Positions 24,901 to 36,918 of a stretch of DNA of 64,000 bases are shown here, one piece after another. The notes beneath the pieces were generated by a model, which saw nothing but the letters and a program-made list of their open reading frames with translations, was not told the DNA's origin and did no database searches. This stretch comes from Octopus sinensis. Its lineage: Eukaryota. The translations under genes and the position numbers were made by a program. Numbering within the stretch: the first letter of the stretch is position 1; each line of letters opens with the position of its first letter. Location of the stretch: NCBI RefSeq assembly GCF_006345805.1, contig NC_042999.1:57660001-57724000 (forward strand), given 5' to 3'.

Positions 24901-27900
24901 AGATGACAAGGGGGTGATGTCTTACTAATTCCTTTCCCACAAACTGTTCTTTATTGTAGGAGCTTGTGACATTTAACTTTCAGTTGGTAAATAAATAAAT
25001 AAATTAATACAGATGTGAATTTCAGTTGTGTCAAAGAAAAATGAAGACGTGTTGTTAAAGAATTTACCAAATACATACACAGTTCATGATTATAATTTCA
25101 TAGAATTAGAAAGTGAAATGTTGATGAATGAATGAAATTCAAAAATAATTCAAAGTTAGATTAACTTGACACCTTCTCTTTGAAGAACTAAAATATTTAG
25201 AATTTATTAATTTATCTTATTCATATATATTTATTTTTGCCATGAGTAAGTTCAGAAATTACAAAAAAAAAAAAAAAAAAGGATATTTCAAAATTATTAT
25301 TAGTAAAAGAATAAGTTGTCAATTATTGATGCTAGGTGAAGAGTTATATGGTTAGTTGACCAATAAAGCTGCAGTTATCACAGAACATAAACATGGCCAA
25401 AATTATTAGGACAAAAATATATGGGGGGAAAAATGTTTTAATTAATTCATGAACCAAATAGGAAATTATCAATGAAAAAGACTAAGACTGAAATTAATAC
25501 TGATTAACAATTATAACTTTGATGAGTGTAGTGCACTTGAGCACTGTATACAATAAGTTCATTATATTGTTGTTTTTTTAAATAAAATAAACATTTTATA
25601 TTAATATCATTACTTGAGGTTATTCCATTTTACTATATAGCCCTTAAATATTTTTTTTCTATTTGTGAAGCCAAATTAACTTACTTTTAAATAAGTTTGT
25701 TTTAAATAGATAAAATAACATTTTAAGTCTATAAAAAAGCTGTGCTGTTCTCAGCATTTTCTATTTCTGGCAATCCTCATCAACTTATAAATGATGGATA
25801 CCTAACCTTAAAAGGAATTATCTGCTGAAGTAGTGTCTGCATGTGTTTATGAGTGAGATGTAATCTCTGTGTGTATGTGTGACTGTATGAGTATATATAT
25901 ATATATGAAATTATAATTTAGGATACCCTAAATTATAATTTTAATACTAATTATTACCTTTGAAGGTTTTTATTCCCATGCTGGCCACTTGATAAGATCG
26001 ATATTTAATTTAAATTAACGATTTTATCCTTATATATATATATATAGGGTAAATGTTTTTATTTTTCATTCCCTTTCAGAATTACAACTATTTGTGGTTT
26101 GTAGTTTAACTACTCTTTCTAGCGAGTGAGATGTCCTGTTATGGCCATCTCTTATGTGTTTAAATGTACACTGTATTTTATAAGAATAATATATAGTCAA
26201 TTGACTAATTTTTTCCTTCTCGCTAGACCACTAGTAGTAAAGAATTTTTCTAAATTTTTTTGCTACCCTAAGATTTATTAATTATATCCATCTATAAAAA
26301 TACATATAAATACATATACACGCGCATACACATGTGAGTAAGGTGTAGTGTGTTTTAATGCAACAGATTTTGATTTTGTTTTTTCTTCACAAAATTATCG
26401 GCTCACCTATAACAATACTAACATCTAAAATGATGCGACAGTGATACGGACACAGATGTCGAGGGTGGGGGAACAAATTAGAATAATATCTAATTAAGTT
26501 ATTCTCTGTTCTGTAACGCAACTAACAATAGGAGGCTATTAAGACAATTAACTAAGATCAACAACAGAACTAACAACAATAACAGCAGCTACTGCAACAA
26601 CAAAATATTTTAAGCACCAAGTACTTGAAGTATGGATTTATTAGCTTTAGTGAACACATGATTTCATATGAAGCTAGGAGCTGGCAGAGAATTAGTATTT
26701 TCAAATGCTAGCAGTGGGCGGAAAATAATTTTTGTGTGGGGTTTTTTCATTTAACCCTTGCCTGCTTTCTCTGATTCAAGTTTTGCTACAGCTAACACTA
26801 AGTAATTTTATTTGATAAGTATATGAATGGAATAGAATTATCAAATAGTTTAGTTCCAATGTAGAAAGGTATTTTAACTGACATGACTAGACTGGTAGAC
26901 AGATCTAATATCTGGCATTTCTTTAAAGTTCAGCTTTGCCTGTCTGTGCTAGGAAGGTGGAAACAGCTGGAAAGTTTATAATGAAGAAGCTTATTTACAT
27001 TTTTTTTTATTCTGAATGTGACTATACTAGGAATTGGAGAGAGAATTCTTGAAAATATTCAGTAAGACTATTTACATCACAGTTATTCCATTTTTCAACT
27101 TAATTAAAAAAAAAAATTAAATAAATATCACTAAGTAAAAACAAGACAACAAAAAATGTTTTAGAAAGTTATCTAATTAAGGAGAAGCCTGTTATATGCC
27201 ACAAATAGTGATGTGTTGTTAGTAAGTTGTGTTGTAGAGAAGGTAATGGTATGGATTTAATACCGATATAGTGAAAGTAGAGTAATTGAACACTATAAAT
27301 GCTAGATTATGGAACAATAATAATAATAATCCTTTCTACTGAAAGCACAAGGCCTGAAATTTTGGTGGGAGGGAACTAGTCATTGGAGGAGGAGATTAAT
27401 AAGGAGAGAGACTGGAGTAAAATGATGAACTAGGTTTACTTATTGACGGTAGTCCTATAAATAAATGTGAACACAGAAATTTTCAGAAATGTGATGGATA
27501 GTGTGTGTGTAGGATGTGTGCCTACTTGTCCATATACTCAGAGATATATGCATGCAGTCACACAGAAATGCATGCATTCATGCTGAGAGACATACAATAA
27601 ATGCATGCATGAAACATACACACAGATGCATGGATGAAGAGACTGACAAATACATGAAGAGGAGAGAGAGGGAGGGAGAAAGAGAGAGAGAGAGGGAGGG
27701 AGAAAGAGAGAGAGAGAGAGAGAGAGTATTTTACATTTAGAATTCTGAAATGTAGTTGATGGTTATTTTGTTCCTGTTTTGTCTAAAATAAAAATGTCAT
27801 ATGCTGTTAGATTTATTGCTTTTTTTTTTTGTTTCTGAATCCAAATATGGCAGGTAAATTGCAGAGCTTTATTTAGACTTTAATAAAGGCCATTTTCACT

Positions 27901-27993
27901 ACATACCCCAGACATTTGAGGTGAGTTGTGTATAAAGTCATTGTTAAAGCTCTGGCATTTTATTCTTCTAGCCTTCTGTGTGTGTGTGTGTGT

Positions 27994-28050
<57 letters not shown>

Positions 28051-28305
28051 AAGAAAGAAAGTGCAAAACAGAGATGGAGGAGAGCACTAGAAAGCAGATT
28101 TGAAATCTTAGTGAATATTTCTTAGCTAGGGCGTATTACCTTCTTAAATATTCTTGATCAAAGTATAACAGGAGGTGCTCCATCCCAGAAGTCTGGATGA
28201 AAAGCATTCCAATATCAGATCTATTAAACTGTTCTGTAATTGAAAATTCTATTGAAGGAGCAAAAGCTAACTTTAATATTTTACAGTGAAAGATGTGTGT
28301 GTGTG

Positions 28306-28369
<64 letters not shown>

Positions 28370-28395
28370 CACACACACATGCATGTATCTATGTA

Positions 28396-28443
<48 letters not shown>

Positions 28444-28905
28444 TACGTGTGTCTGTGTTTATAAATATATAAGGTCACCTTAACATGAACGATGTTAGTT
28501 ATCCTCTGCAAAAATAATTCTATAAAAGTTCTTAAACATTGTTGTTCAATATAAACTTTATTTTGGAAATAAGAAAATACGTAGCATGACCCTCTAATTT
28601 ATAGCAACAAAATAAAATTCAAAAGAAGCTAGTAGATGAATAAAAGCAGCTCTAGGATGATAATTTGTAAATAGCCAGGGTCTATAAAGAGGCCAACGTT
28701 TATATTTAAAAAATTTTTTTTTAATATTTTTTTAAAAAATCATGCTGCTACTTGAATTAACGATGACATTTTATGATATAAATTTTTTTTCTTCATTTTA
28801 TTTATTTATTTATTTGAACTTTTTTTTGTCAATCAAAGTTTAATAAAGATACGGTGTTACTTTCAACTTCGATGGGGTGTTAGTATGACATGAAACCCAG
28901 AGGTG

Positions 28906-29054
28906 CTAAACTGTAGTGTGTTTTTTGAAACCCAGAGAAGCTGAGTTAACACAGTATCGGAGTCCTGTCTGTTTTCTAGATTTAGGTCCATCATCAAATA
29001 CATGACCAAGATGAGCACCACAGTCAGAACACATCACCTCCAGACGTTGCATAC
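28906..29054 (-). CDS. MSRB: Methionine-R-sulfoxide reductase B (Cys type, MSRB3-like), terminal coding exon
   Basis: Acceptor ttttctttctttctttgcag| (AG at 29056-29055). Encodes (G)[48 protein letters not shown], containing the second Zn-binding CxxC, the HLGHVF.DGP signature and the catalytic RYCxNS; TAG at 28908-28906. Confidence 0.96.
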
Positions 29055-30419
29055 CTGCAAAGAAAGAAAGAAAAGTACATAAGAAAATAAAAACAAAATA
29101 TAATAAAATGTACAATGAGTAATACCAAAAAAAAAAAATTAAATCAAATCATTATACTGTAATGTTCTAACTTTACTGCAAAGAAAGTATTAAAGATAAA
29201 GCATTATTAAGACGTACTGAAACATTAAAAAAATAAAACCCATTAAAAATATAAAGAATGATTAAAGATGAAACACCTATGAAGATATAAAGAATTTATT
29301 ACTTTATTTTATTCTGTTATTTTAATGAAACTTGTGACTACAACATTGATAAAAGAACTTAAAACTGTATGTAGAGTTCTGATAAGAATGAATTTAAACT
29401 GTATATATAGAAAAATTAAGTGTATGCACCAGTACAATTTGTCACCATTCAATTAATTTCAGATCAATTTGTTACCTGTCAATTCGTTACCAGCATCGAA
29501 GTGGGAATGTCATCAGGTAAGTTCAGTCTGTTATTCTGGTTCTAGTTTGTAATGTCTGTTTTAGTTTCAATTCAAATTACACACATGAAAAAGGCAACTG
29601 TTTCCAATCTCACGGAATCAACTAAGTTTGAATTGTTATTGTATGTGGTTTTAAGAGTGTTTTTATCTGTCATCTGTCTCTTACTTATTTCAGTCACTGG
29701 ACTGCAGCCATGCTGGGGCACCACTCTGAAGGGTTTATTTTTTTTTTTTTAAAGCCTGGTACTTATTCTATTGGTCTCTTTTGCTGAACTGCTAAGTTAT
29801 GAGGACAGAAACCAACACTGGTTTTGGGCAGTAGTCACACACACACACAAACACAACAGGTTTCTTTCAGTTTCCATCTACCAAATCCATTCACAAGGAT
29901 TTAGTCAACCTGGGACTCTCATAGAAGACACTTACCCAAAGTGCCATGCAGTGGGACTGAACCCAAGATCACATGATTAGAAGCAAACTTCTTTAACTAC
30001 ACAAATTGACCAGAAACCATATAGATCTAATAACCTTGTCACCTCCTCCTCCTTGACCCATTCTTATTTCCTTTCTCTCACTTCTCTCCAAACTGACACC
30101 CACTGCATCCAACTCAATCTCAAATCATTTGTCACTATTTTCACTCCACCCATTTATCTTTACTCTTCTTCTATCCTATTTCTCTCTCTCATATCCTCCT
30201 CGTCCCTTCATCTCACATGTCTCTCTTTCCAGATAGGGAAGCCATGTATTCAACACTTTGAACAAGGCACTTGCTCTGGTTCCTCTATCATACTTTTGTA
30301 TCCCTCAATACTATCTTTCATTCAGTTGATCTCACAGTGTTGATGCTTCAAAAGAAACACTCGGCACACTCTGTGAAGGGAATGCTATTAGGAAGGGCAT
30401 CAAGCTGTAGAGACCCTGA

Positions 30420-31010
30420 CAAAGTAGACAATGGATTTCAGCATAACCCTCTGGCTCATCACTGACTGACTGAATTCCAATATTTTAAATCTGGGTTTGT
30501 TCCCATTAACGGGGGTGGCCGCATCTACCTCACTCTTACAGCAACTGTTCTCACACCATCTCGCCCTGTTTTGGGCGTCCTCCCTCCTCAAACTAACCCT
30601 CCCAATCTCCTTCTCCACATTTTCTTTGGTCAACCTCCCTTTTGTGGTTAATTCACTTTAAACTCAAGCACTTGCCTCAGAAATAATATCCTTATCCCTT
30701 CTCAACACATGTCCATACCACCGCACTCCATTCACCTTTGCCAGCTGTTCCACCAATTCCTCTAGCCCTAGCATCCCCATCAAGTCCTCAGTTCTCCTTT
30801 TCTCCAATAGTTTCACACCACACATTGCTCTCACCATTGCTCCTTTGATCCTTCACAAAATTGCGATTTCGCTTTCCCTCAGACACCATGTCTCACTCCC
30901 ATACAGCTTTGCAAATCTCATGCAACTCTGATAAACCCTTCCTTTCATCTTCATGCTAAACTGTCTAACTCATTCCAGCAAGGAAAAAGGGACATTAAAT
31001 GCTGATGATG
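30420..31010 (-). mobile_element. RTE LINE 3' fragment
   Basis: Minus strand encodes LYGSETW (~30890) and VEKEIGRVSLRREDAQNRARW (ORF 30400-30633). Confidence 0.8.
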
Positions 31011-31724
31011 ATGAGATCCAATAAAAGAGAGAGAGGTTAAAAATGTAGCTCCAGCTCTAATAACAATACCTAAAGTTCTATATATAGATCTGATAACAGA
31101 TAGAAATTTGTACCAGTTCAGTATTTCTTCGGTATTGTTCTCAAATGGATAGGTTATTATTGACTTGAACTTATTTTGTTAATCTATTTTAGTTAATTAG
31201 TATTCTACAGAAGAAGGACCATTACTCATTAGTAATAAGTTTTCAGACAGTTAACTTCATCTTCAAAAATGAAATTTTTTAATGCTTACATTAAACGCTA
31301 CTTATCAATCAGTTTGGTCTCCAATTTATCAGGTGTCTTATTCCTGGAGATGTTGTACAAAGTACCAAACTGGATTTGAACTAAAAAATTTTATTTTAAA
31401 ACTAAGGTCAGTAATACTCTAATTCATTATGCCAATGCCACTTAGTTTAGAAATAAAAGCTCTTGATTCAATAGAAATATAGCATAAATATAAATATTGG
31501 TTTCAAATTTTGGCACAAGTTCAATAAATTCAGAGGAAGGGTCAAGTCGATTACATCAACCCCAGGACTCAACTGGTACTTATTTTATCAACCCCAAAAG
31601 GCTGACAGGTAAAGTTGACCTCAATATAATTTGAATTCAAAATGTAAAACCAGATGAAATACTGCTAAACATTTATCTGGCAAGTTAACAATCCAGCCAG
31701 TTTGCACCTTAAAGTGTACAATTG

Positions 31725-31792
31725 CCTACCTATTGGGGAACTGAACCCTGATGTCCTACATGACAGGCAGGGATACTTACTACCAAGAGCTG
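31725..31792 (-). pseudogene. tRNA-Asp(GTC) pseudogene or tRNA-Asp-derived repeat head
   Basis: ggtagtaagtatccctgcctgtcatgtaggacatcagggttcagttccccaataggtag aligns without gaps to metazoan tRNA-Asp (agtggtgagtatccccgcctgtcacgcgggagaccggggttcgattccccgacggggag). The stems are broken. Confidence 0.75.
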
Positions 31793-32640
31793 GCTTGTAA
31801 ACGTAAATAATAAAAAATGTTTCATCTCTAAGGATGAGATTCATTGTTAAAAATAATTATTATTGTGACGAACAATATTGCCTGGATGAGGGTACGTACG
31901 CATTGTGTGATTCATGATTAAAACATTGATGATGTGTCCAAGAATTACATTTGTAGGTGTATATTGAACTTGCATCTCAGACATTAAGATATTTTAAAAG
32001 TTTGATATACCCTTTACAAATAAGTACTGAGCCAAGTCTCTACTTGGAGTTGTCAGATCTCTAGCTAATTTTGTCACAATTTCTTTATCTTTATACTAGC
32101 CCTGGCATGATACAAACAGGTACAGGAACATTAGAAAGCTATGATGTTCATAACTTTTCCAAAAGGCAACTTCAAGAGCTTACTTTTTACATGCACTACA
32201 CCCTAAAAGATTGAGTGGGTGTGTGCATATGTATGAACACACATGCACACATATTGACCCACCTCACTTATAGCAATGATTCATTTAAGAGAAATGATGG
32301 TCCCTCCCCTCTTAAGAATGGTTTCATATGACAATTCCCTTTAGCAGGTTTCTAAATTAGATGAATTTGTATGGTTTTCTTTTTTTTATATATAATATAA
32401 CATAACACTACAGTTTTGTGATTTATTTATTATTCAATTTAGAAGAAGGATTTATTCTATACTTCATTGAAAGGAAAATTCAATGTAGATAATGCTTCCT
32501 TATAATATGGCTTCAGAAAATACAAGTACATTATTTTGCAAATATTCTGAACAGATAAAGAGCAGAAGAGAACTAATTGGTGAAGACTATTTCACAAGTA
32601 TTTTTGACACACTAAAAGTGATGATCTTTAATATATGTAA

Positions 32641-34010
32641 CTAGCAGAGATACCCGGCGTTGCTCGGGATTAAAATGGCATAGTTTGTTTATATATTACA
32701 GTTATGTTGAAGCATGTGATACAGAAAAGTGCAGCATTTGTGGAGTAAATAATGGGTTAATTTGACTAAGCAACATGTCATGTGTCCATTTGGAGTATTC
32801 CAGGCCCTAACCTGTCATGGAAAATTGGGGGTGAGGTGGCATCTGATTTTTTAATGCACTGCAAAGCTGTTAGTGGATATACTCTCCTTTGTGGCAGTCA
32901 GCACTGCATCTAACATGACCCATCATCTGAAGTTTTGACATCTCCTTCAAGTTTGTTGTCCTGCATGACTCAAAATAAATTTGGAGGAACTGTGGTTGTT
33001 CATTTTTGGGTAACAGGGAAGCAATGACTTGCCCTTGAACTTTGAACATCAGCATAAATCTATGCTTGACAATCTCCTCAGATGAACCAAACGATGTCAT
33101 TTGAAACGCAGAGTTGTATTGTCTGATATTGTTTAGAAAATCCTTTGACTGGATGGAAGTGCCTTCCAGAAGATTCATAACAGGTTGAGGAGGAGCTGGT
33201 AGTGCTGGCAATCTTACCTTACCACCTGAGCAGCACATGCCATTAGTATCATTTGGAAATGTTAAAGCTTTGCAGAAACAACAATTTGAGTTTAGCACAC
33301 CAATTTGGACAAAATTATCATTTTTATAAGAATGGGAAGGATCATATCTGAAAGCATCTCCAAGAGTTGTGGAGAACGAATTTGTAGTTAGTCTGTTTCT
33401 GAGAGCCATTCTATTGGACCTGTGTCTAATCATGAAAACATTGTTTTAATGATTCAGCATTAAGTGCTGCAGCCTGCCTTTGCTGATCTTGGGAAAGTTT
33501 CATCTCCCTTCTCTCTTGAGACTCCATTTGATGTGCTGCAGCATGCCTTTGCTGATCTCCTTTCTGTCTTAAGACTCTCGCCTTTGGTTTTCTACTATCC
33601 TCTTTGCTTTATACTTGTTTCAGGAGAGAGTATGTCTTTTCTTTGGTGGCATACACTGACATACCATTCCGCTGTCATGGCTGTAAAGTTGAAAAGTTAC
33701 CAATGCATAATGTTGTTCACATTAGGATATAGATTATTCATATGATCTTAGTGTTATCGCATTTGAATTAAAAGTGAAACAATATTGTATCACATTACAA
33801 TATAGATATTATTTTTTCAATTTTGACATGTAATACCAAACCAGTGCCAATGTTATATTATTTTAATCCAAATGAAGAAAAAAAGACATGTTGACACTCA
33901 CAGGGTCTGATACTATTACCTTGTAAAATTTGATTTGATTTGGTCGAGCCATTTTAGAATGCATAGGGAACTGACAGACAGACAAAGAATTTTATATATA
34001 TATATATAGA
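32641..34010 (-). mobile_element. Internally deleted Helitron, 1370 bp
   Basis: Minus strand begins a|TC (34010) and ends with hairpin cccgagcaacgccggg then CTAG|t (32641). Inserted at an AT site with no TSD. Carries a RepHel N-terminal remnant. Confidence 0.9.
32870..33652 (-). pseudogene. Helitron RepHel N-terminal remnant
   Basis: Starts MPPKKR (ATG at 33652); then two DQQR(H/Q)AAA repeats and CCSGGKVRLP, FLNNIRQYNSAFQMTSFG, FKVQGQV and QFLQIYF. Has in-frame stops. Confidence 0.85.
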
Positions 34011-34559
34011 TTATAGATAGATAAGTATATTTATATACTGCACCTATAGCAGTTTGCAAAGTTGAAAAATAAACCCTTATGTCTCTCTTACACACTCAAA
34101 CATGTGTGCACACACACACACACACCAGTGACAGAAATGGAAAAGCATTCTCCCTTAAAGAAAATCCAAGTGATGTATCGCATAAGGAATGAAATGAGAC
34201 TTGGTGAAAAAATATATTTCCTGCAATGAGTTTAACAGAAACTTCAGCAATTTAGAGGATAAGATAGATAAGGAAAGAAACTGGTGTTTTAACATGGAAG
34301 GGCATGGAAAAGTAATAAATAGAAGGTTAACTAACAAACATAGAAATTACAGTGATGCTAGAAGTTAAAATAATTTCGGTCAATAATAGAAATAAGTATT
34401 TAGAAATGTACCTTGAAAATGAAACAATTTTCAGAAACGAGATAAAACTTAAGTTTAGAGGCTTCTAAGACTGAATAAATATGGGTAGCCAGTGAGTGAC
34501 TGATAAGAGTATGAGAGAAAGGGACTACTAGCATAGAAGAAGATCCATCCCCAAAATAT

Positions 34560-34783
34560 CTAATTATTTTGCATTTAAACCAGCCATATCCAGTCCAAAT
34601 ATTTTACTTGTTTTATGTTAAAACTAACCAGATCCAACTTCTCACACCTACCCTACAATGTCATTCTAAAAATATACACACCATTGAAATCTTGAAGATA
34701 CAAGACAATGAATGATTAATTCAACACAATGTGAACAAATAAGCCATACATTTGACAAAGAAATCTGAATGCTCAAGGGTTAA
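34560..34783. mobile_element. piggyBac-like MITE copy (inverted relative to 17513)
   Basis: Ends ...atctgaatgctcaagggttaa; body is homologous to 17513-17741. Confidence 0.7.
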
Positions 34784-35049
34784 ATTTTTTTGTTCACTAG
34801 ATATAGATGTGCATTTTAAAGAAATGTAATGTTGTGTGGTTCTAGTTAGTTCTGCTCAGAAAGTCAATTGATCAGAGTATTTGATCGACACTTATTTCCA
34901 GCTACCTTGCTTTATTGTGAGATGCATATGACTTGAAATGTATGACTTTAAATAGTCAATCAGATGAGTCAGAGAGGAGTCATGCTCAATAACTGATGTA
35001 ACAGTTTCATCTTCAGCTGCTACAAACATGCATTGAAGAAAAGCAACAA

Positions 35050-35560
35050 CAAAGGCATCAAATTAATGGGTGATGTTATGACAGTTGTAGAGATATAGCA
35101 CAATTGATTAGAAACACAATTAACTTAGATGAGATCCAGTTTAGATATGTGCCAGGAAGAGGTACTACCAATGCCAACTTCCTAGAGTGACAGCTGTAGT
35201 TGACTGAATAAGCCCCAACATCTAGTGAACATCAACTTCGAAAAGACTTTTGACAGATGAATGGCTTGTGAGAACTGTATAAGCCATGTACAGAGGAAGA
35301 GCCAGCAAGTTGAGTGTCAGCTATGAGTTCAGCAGCAGATTTAGTATGCAGGTAGATGTCCACGAAGGCTTAGTTCTTAGCTCTTTCCTGATTATTATAG
35401 TCTCAGGGCCATATCAGAGGAGTTTTAAGATTAGCTGTCCATGGAAACACTAGTATGCCAGTGGCCTAGCTCCTATATATGTATTTGTAAAAGATTTAGA
35501 GAAGAAACTCCAGAAATGTAAATAAAACCTACAATCAAGAGGCCTCAATTATGATATAAA
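35050..35560 (+). mobile_element. Degenerate RTE reverse-transcriptase fragment
   Basis: Remnants of QFGFVPGRGTT (cagtttagatatgtgccaggaagaggtactacc) and D.EKAFDR (aacttcgaaaagacttttgacaga). Confidence 0.6.
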
Positions 35561-35737
35561 TAAGTATGGAAGAAGACACGTTCTTGTTACTGTCAAGAAA
35601 ATAGCCAAGCATGTAAAAACATTAAAATCTCCTTGCAGTGTACCTAGAACAAACTATGGAAGCATAAGAGGTGTAATGAGATTATAAATGGTGTCAAAAG
35701 GTTCCCAGACTAGTTATGTTTAATAAAAAATTATTTA

Positions 35738-36115
35738 TAGGCGCAGGAGTGGCTGTGTGGTAAGTAGCTTGCTTACCAACCACATGGTTCCGGGTTCAGT
35801 CCCACTGCATGGCACCTTGAGCAAGTGTCTTCTACTATAGCCTTGGGCTGACCAAAGCCCTGTGAGTGGATTTGGTAGACGGAAACTGAAAGAAGCCCAT
35901 CGTATATATGTATTTGTGTGTCTGTGTTTGTCCCCTCAACATCGCTTGACAACCGATGGTGGTGTGCTTATGTCCTCCGTAACTTAGCGATTTGGCAAAA
36001 GAGACAGATAGAATAAGTACTAGGCTTACAAAGAATAATCCTGGGGTCGATTTGCTCGACTAAAGGCGGTGCTCCAGCATGGCCGCAGTCAATGACTGAA
36101 ACAAGTAAGAGTAAA
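35738..36115 (+). mobile_element. Family A SINE, full length, relatively young
   Basis: Complete head, CORE-like segment, microsatellite and tail; many CpGs retained. Confidence 0.9.
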
Positions 36116-36127
36116 GATAGTAATTAC

Positions 36128-36918
36128 CTAAGCTTTAACATCATCAAAATAGTCACCTTGCACAGCAGTACACCACTCCCAGCATTCCTGCCACTTTTGG
36201 AATCCGGCCTGGAAATCGTTTTCCATAAGTGTATCAAAGACCTTCTGCAATTTACTCTGGATCTTGACAACTGTGTTAAAATAGTGACCTTTGAGCTGCA
36301 TTTTTATGTTAGGGAACAGATGGAAATCCACAGGCGCTAAATCTGGCAAATAGGGTGGGTGTGGAAGTAATACCATGCCTTTGGTGAGAAACTCATGAGT
36401 GAGGAGAGCTCAGTGACAGAGTGCATTGTCATCATGAAGAATCCAATTCTTCACAGACATTAGGATTGACTGCATGGATCGATACAACAGACCAACAACA
36501 TGAGCAATGTTGTTGTCCTCTGACAATCCTCAAGCACAGGGTAATGTTCTTGGCAGGTCTTCCAGATTGTTCCAGGACCGTTTTTCTGCTTTTAAAGCAC
36601 CTGTGCCACTCAAAACATTGTGTATGACCCATTGCTTCATTGCTGTAAGGTTACCAAAGCATGCTCAATGCCTCTGTAGCAGACTCCCCAAGTTTAATGC
36701 AAAATTTCACACTGGTCCTTTGTTCCAACTTCCTGTCTATGACAAAAATGGCAAACTACAGCATACACATGATCATAAAAACACAAATTTCACAACTTGT
36801 GAAATAAACACAGCGATGCCACTTGTCACACTGCCCCATGAAAGTCACTGCTAGCTTCCTCTTTGCATGCAACCATGTGCTGCAGAACTAGTTCAGTAAC
36901 TTTTTGATACCACCTTGT
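36128..36918 (-). mobile_element. Mariner transposon remnant
   Basis: ORFs show HPPYLPDLAPVDFHLF, FQKWQECWEWC...GDYFD and QCFEWHRCFKS...SGRP. One TIR-like end (acaaggtggtatcaaaaagt) at 36918. Confidence 0.85.

Noticed and set aside
28906-29054. Possible selenoprotein MsrB1 (SelR) or SECIS element
   Set aside because: The catalytic position is TGT Cys in RYCVNS and the stop is TAG. The sequence is MsrB2/3-like, and no SECIS was recognised.
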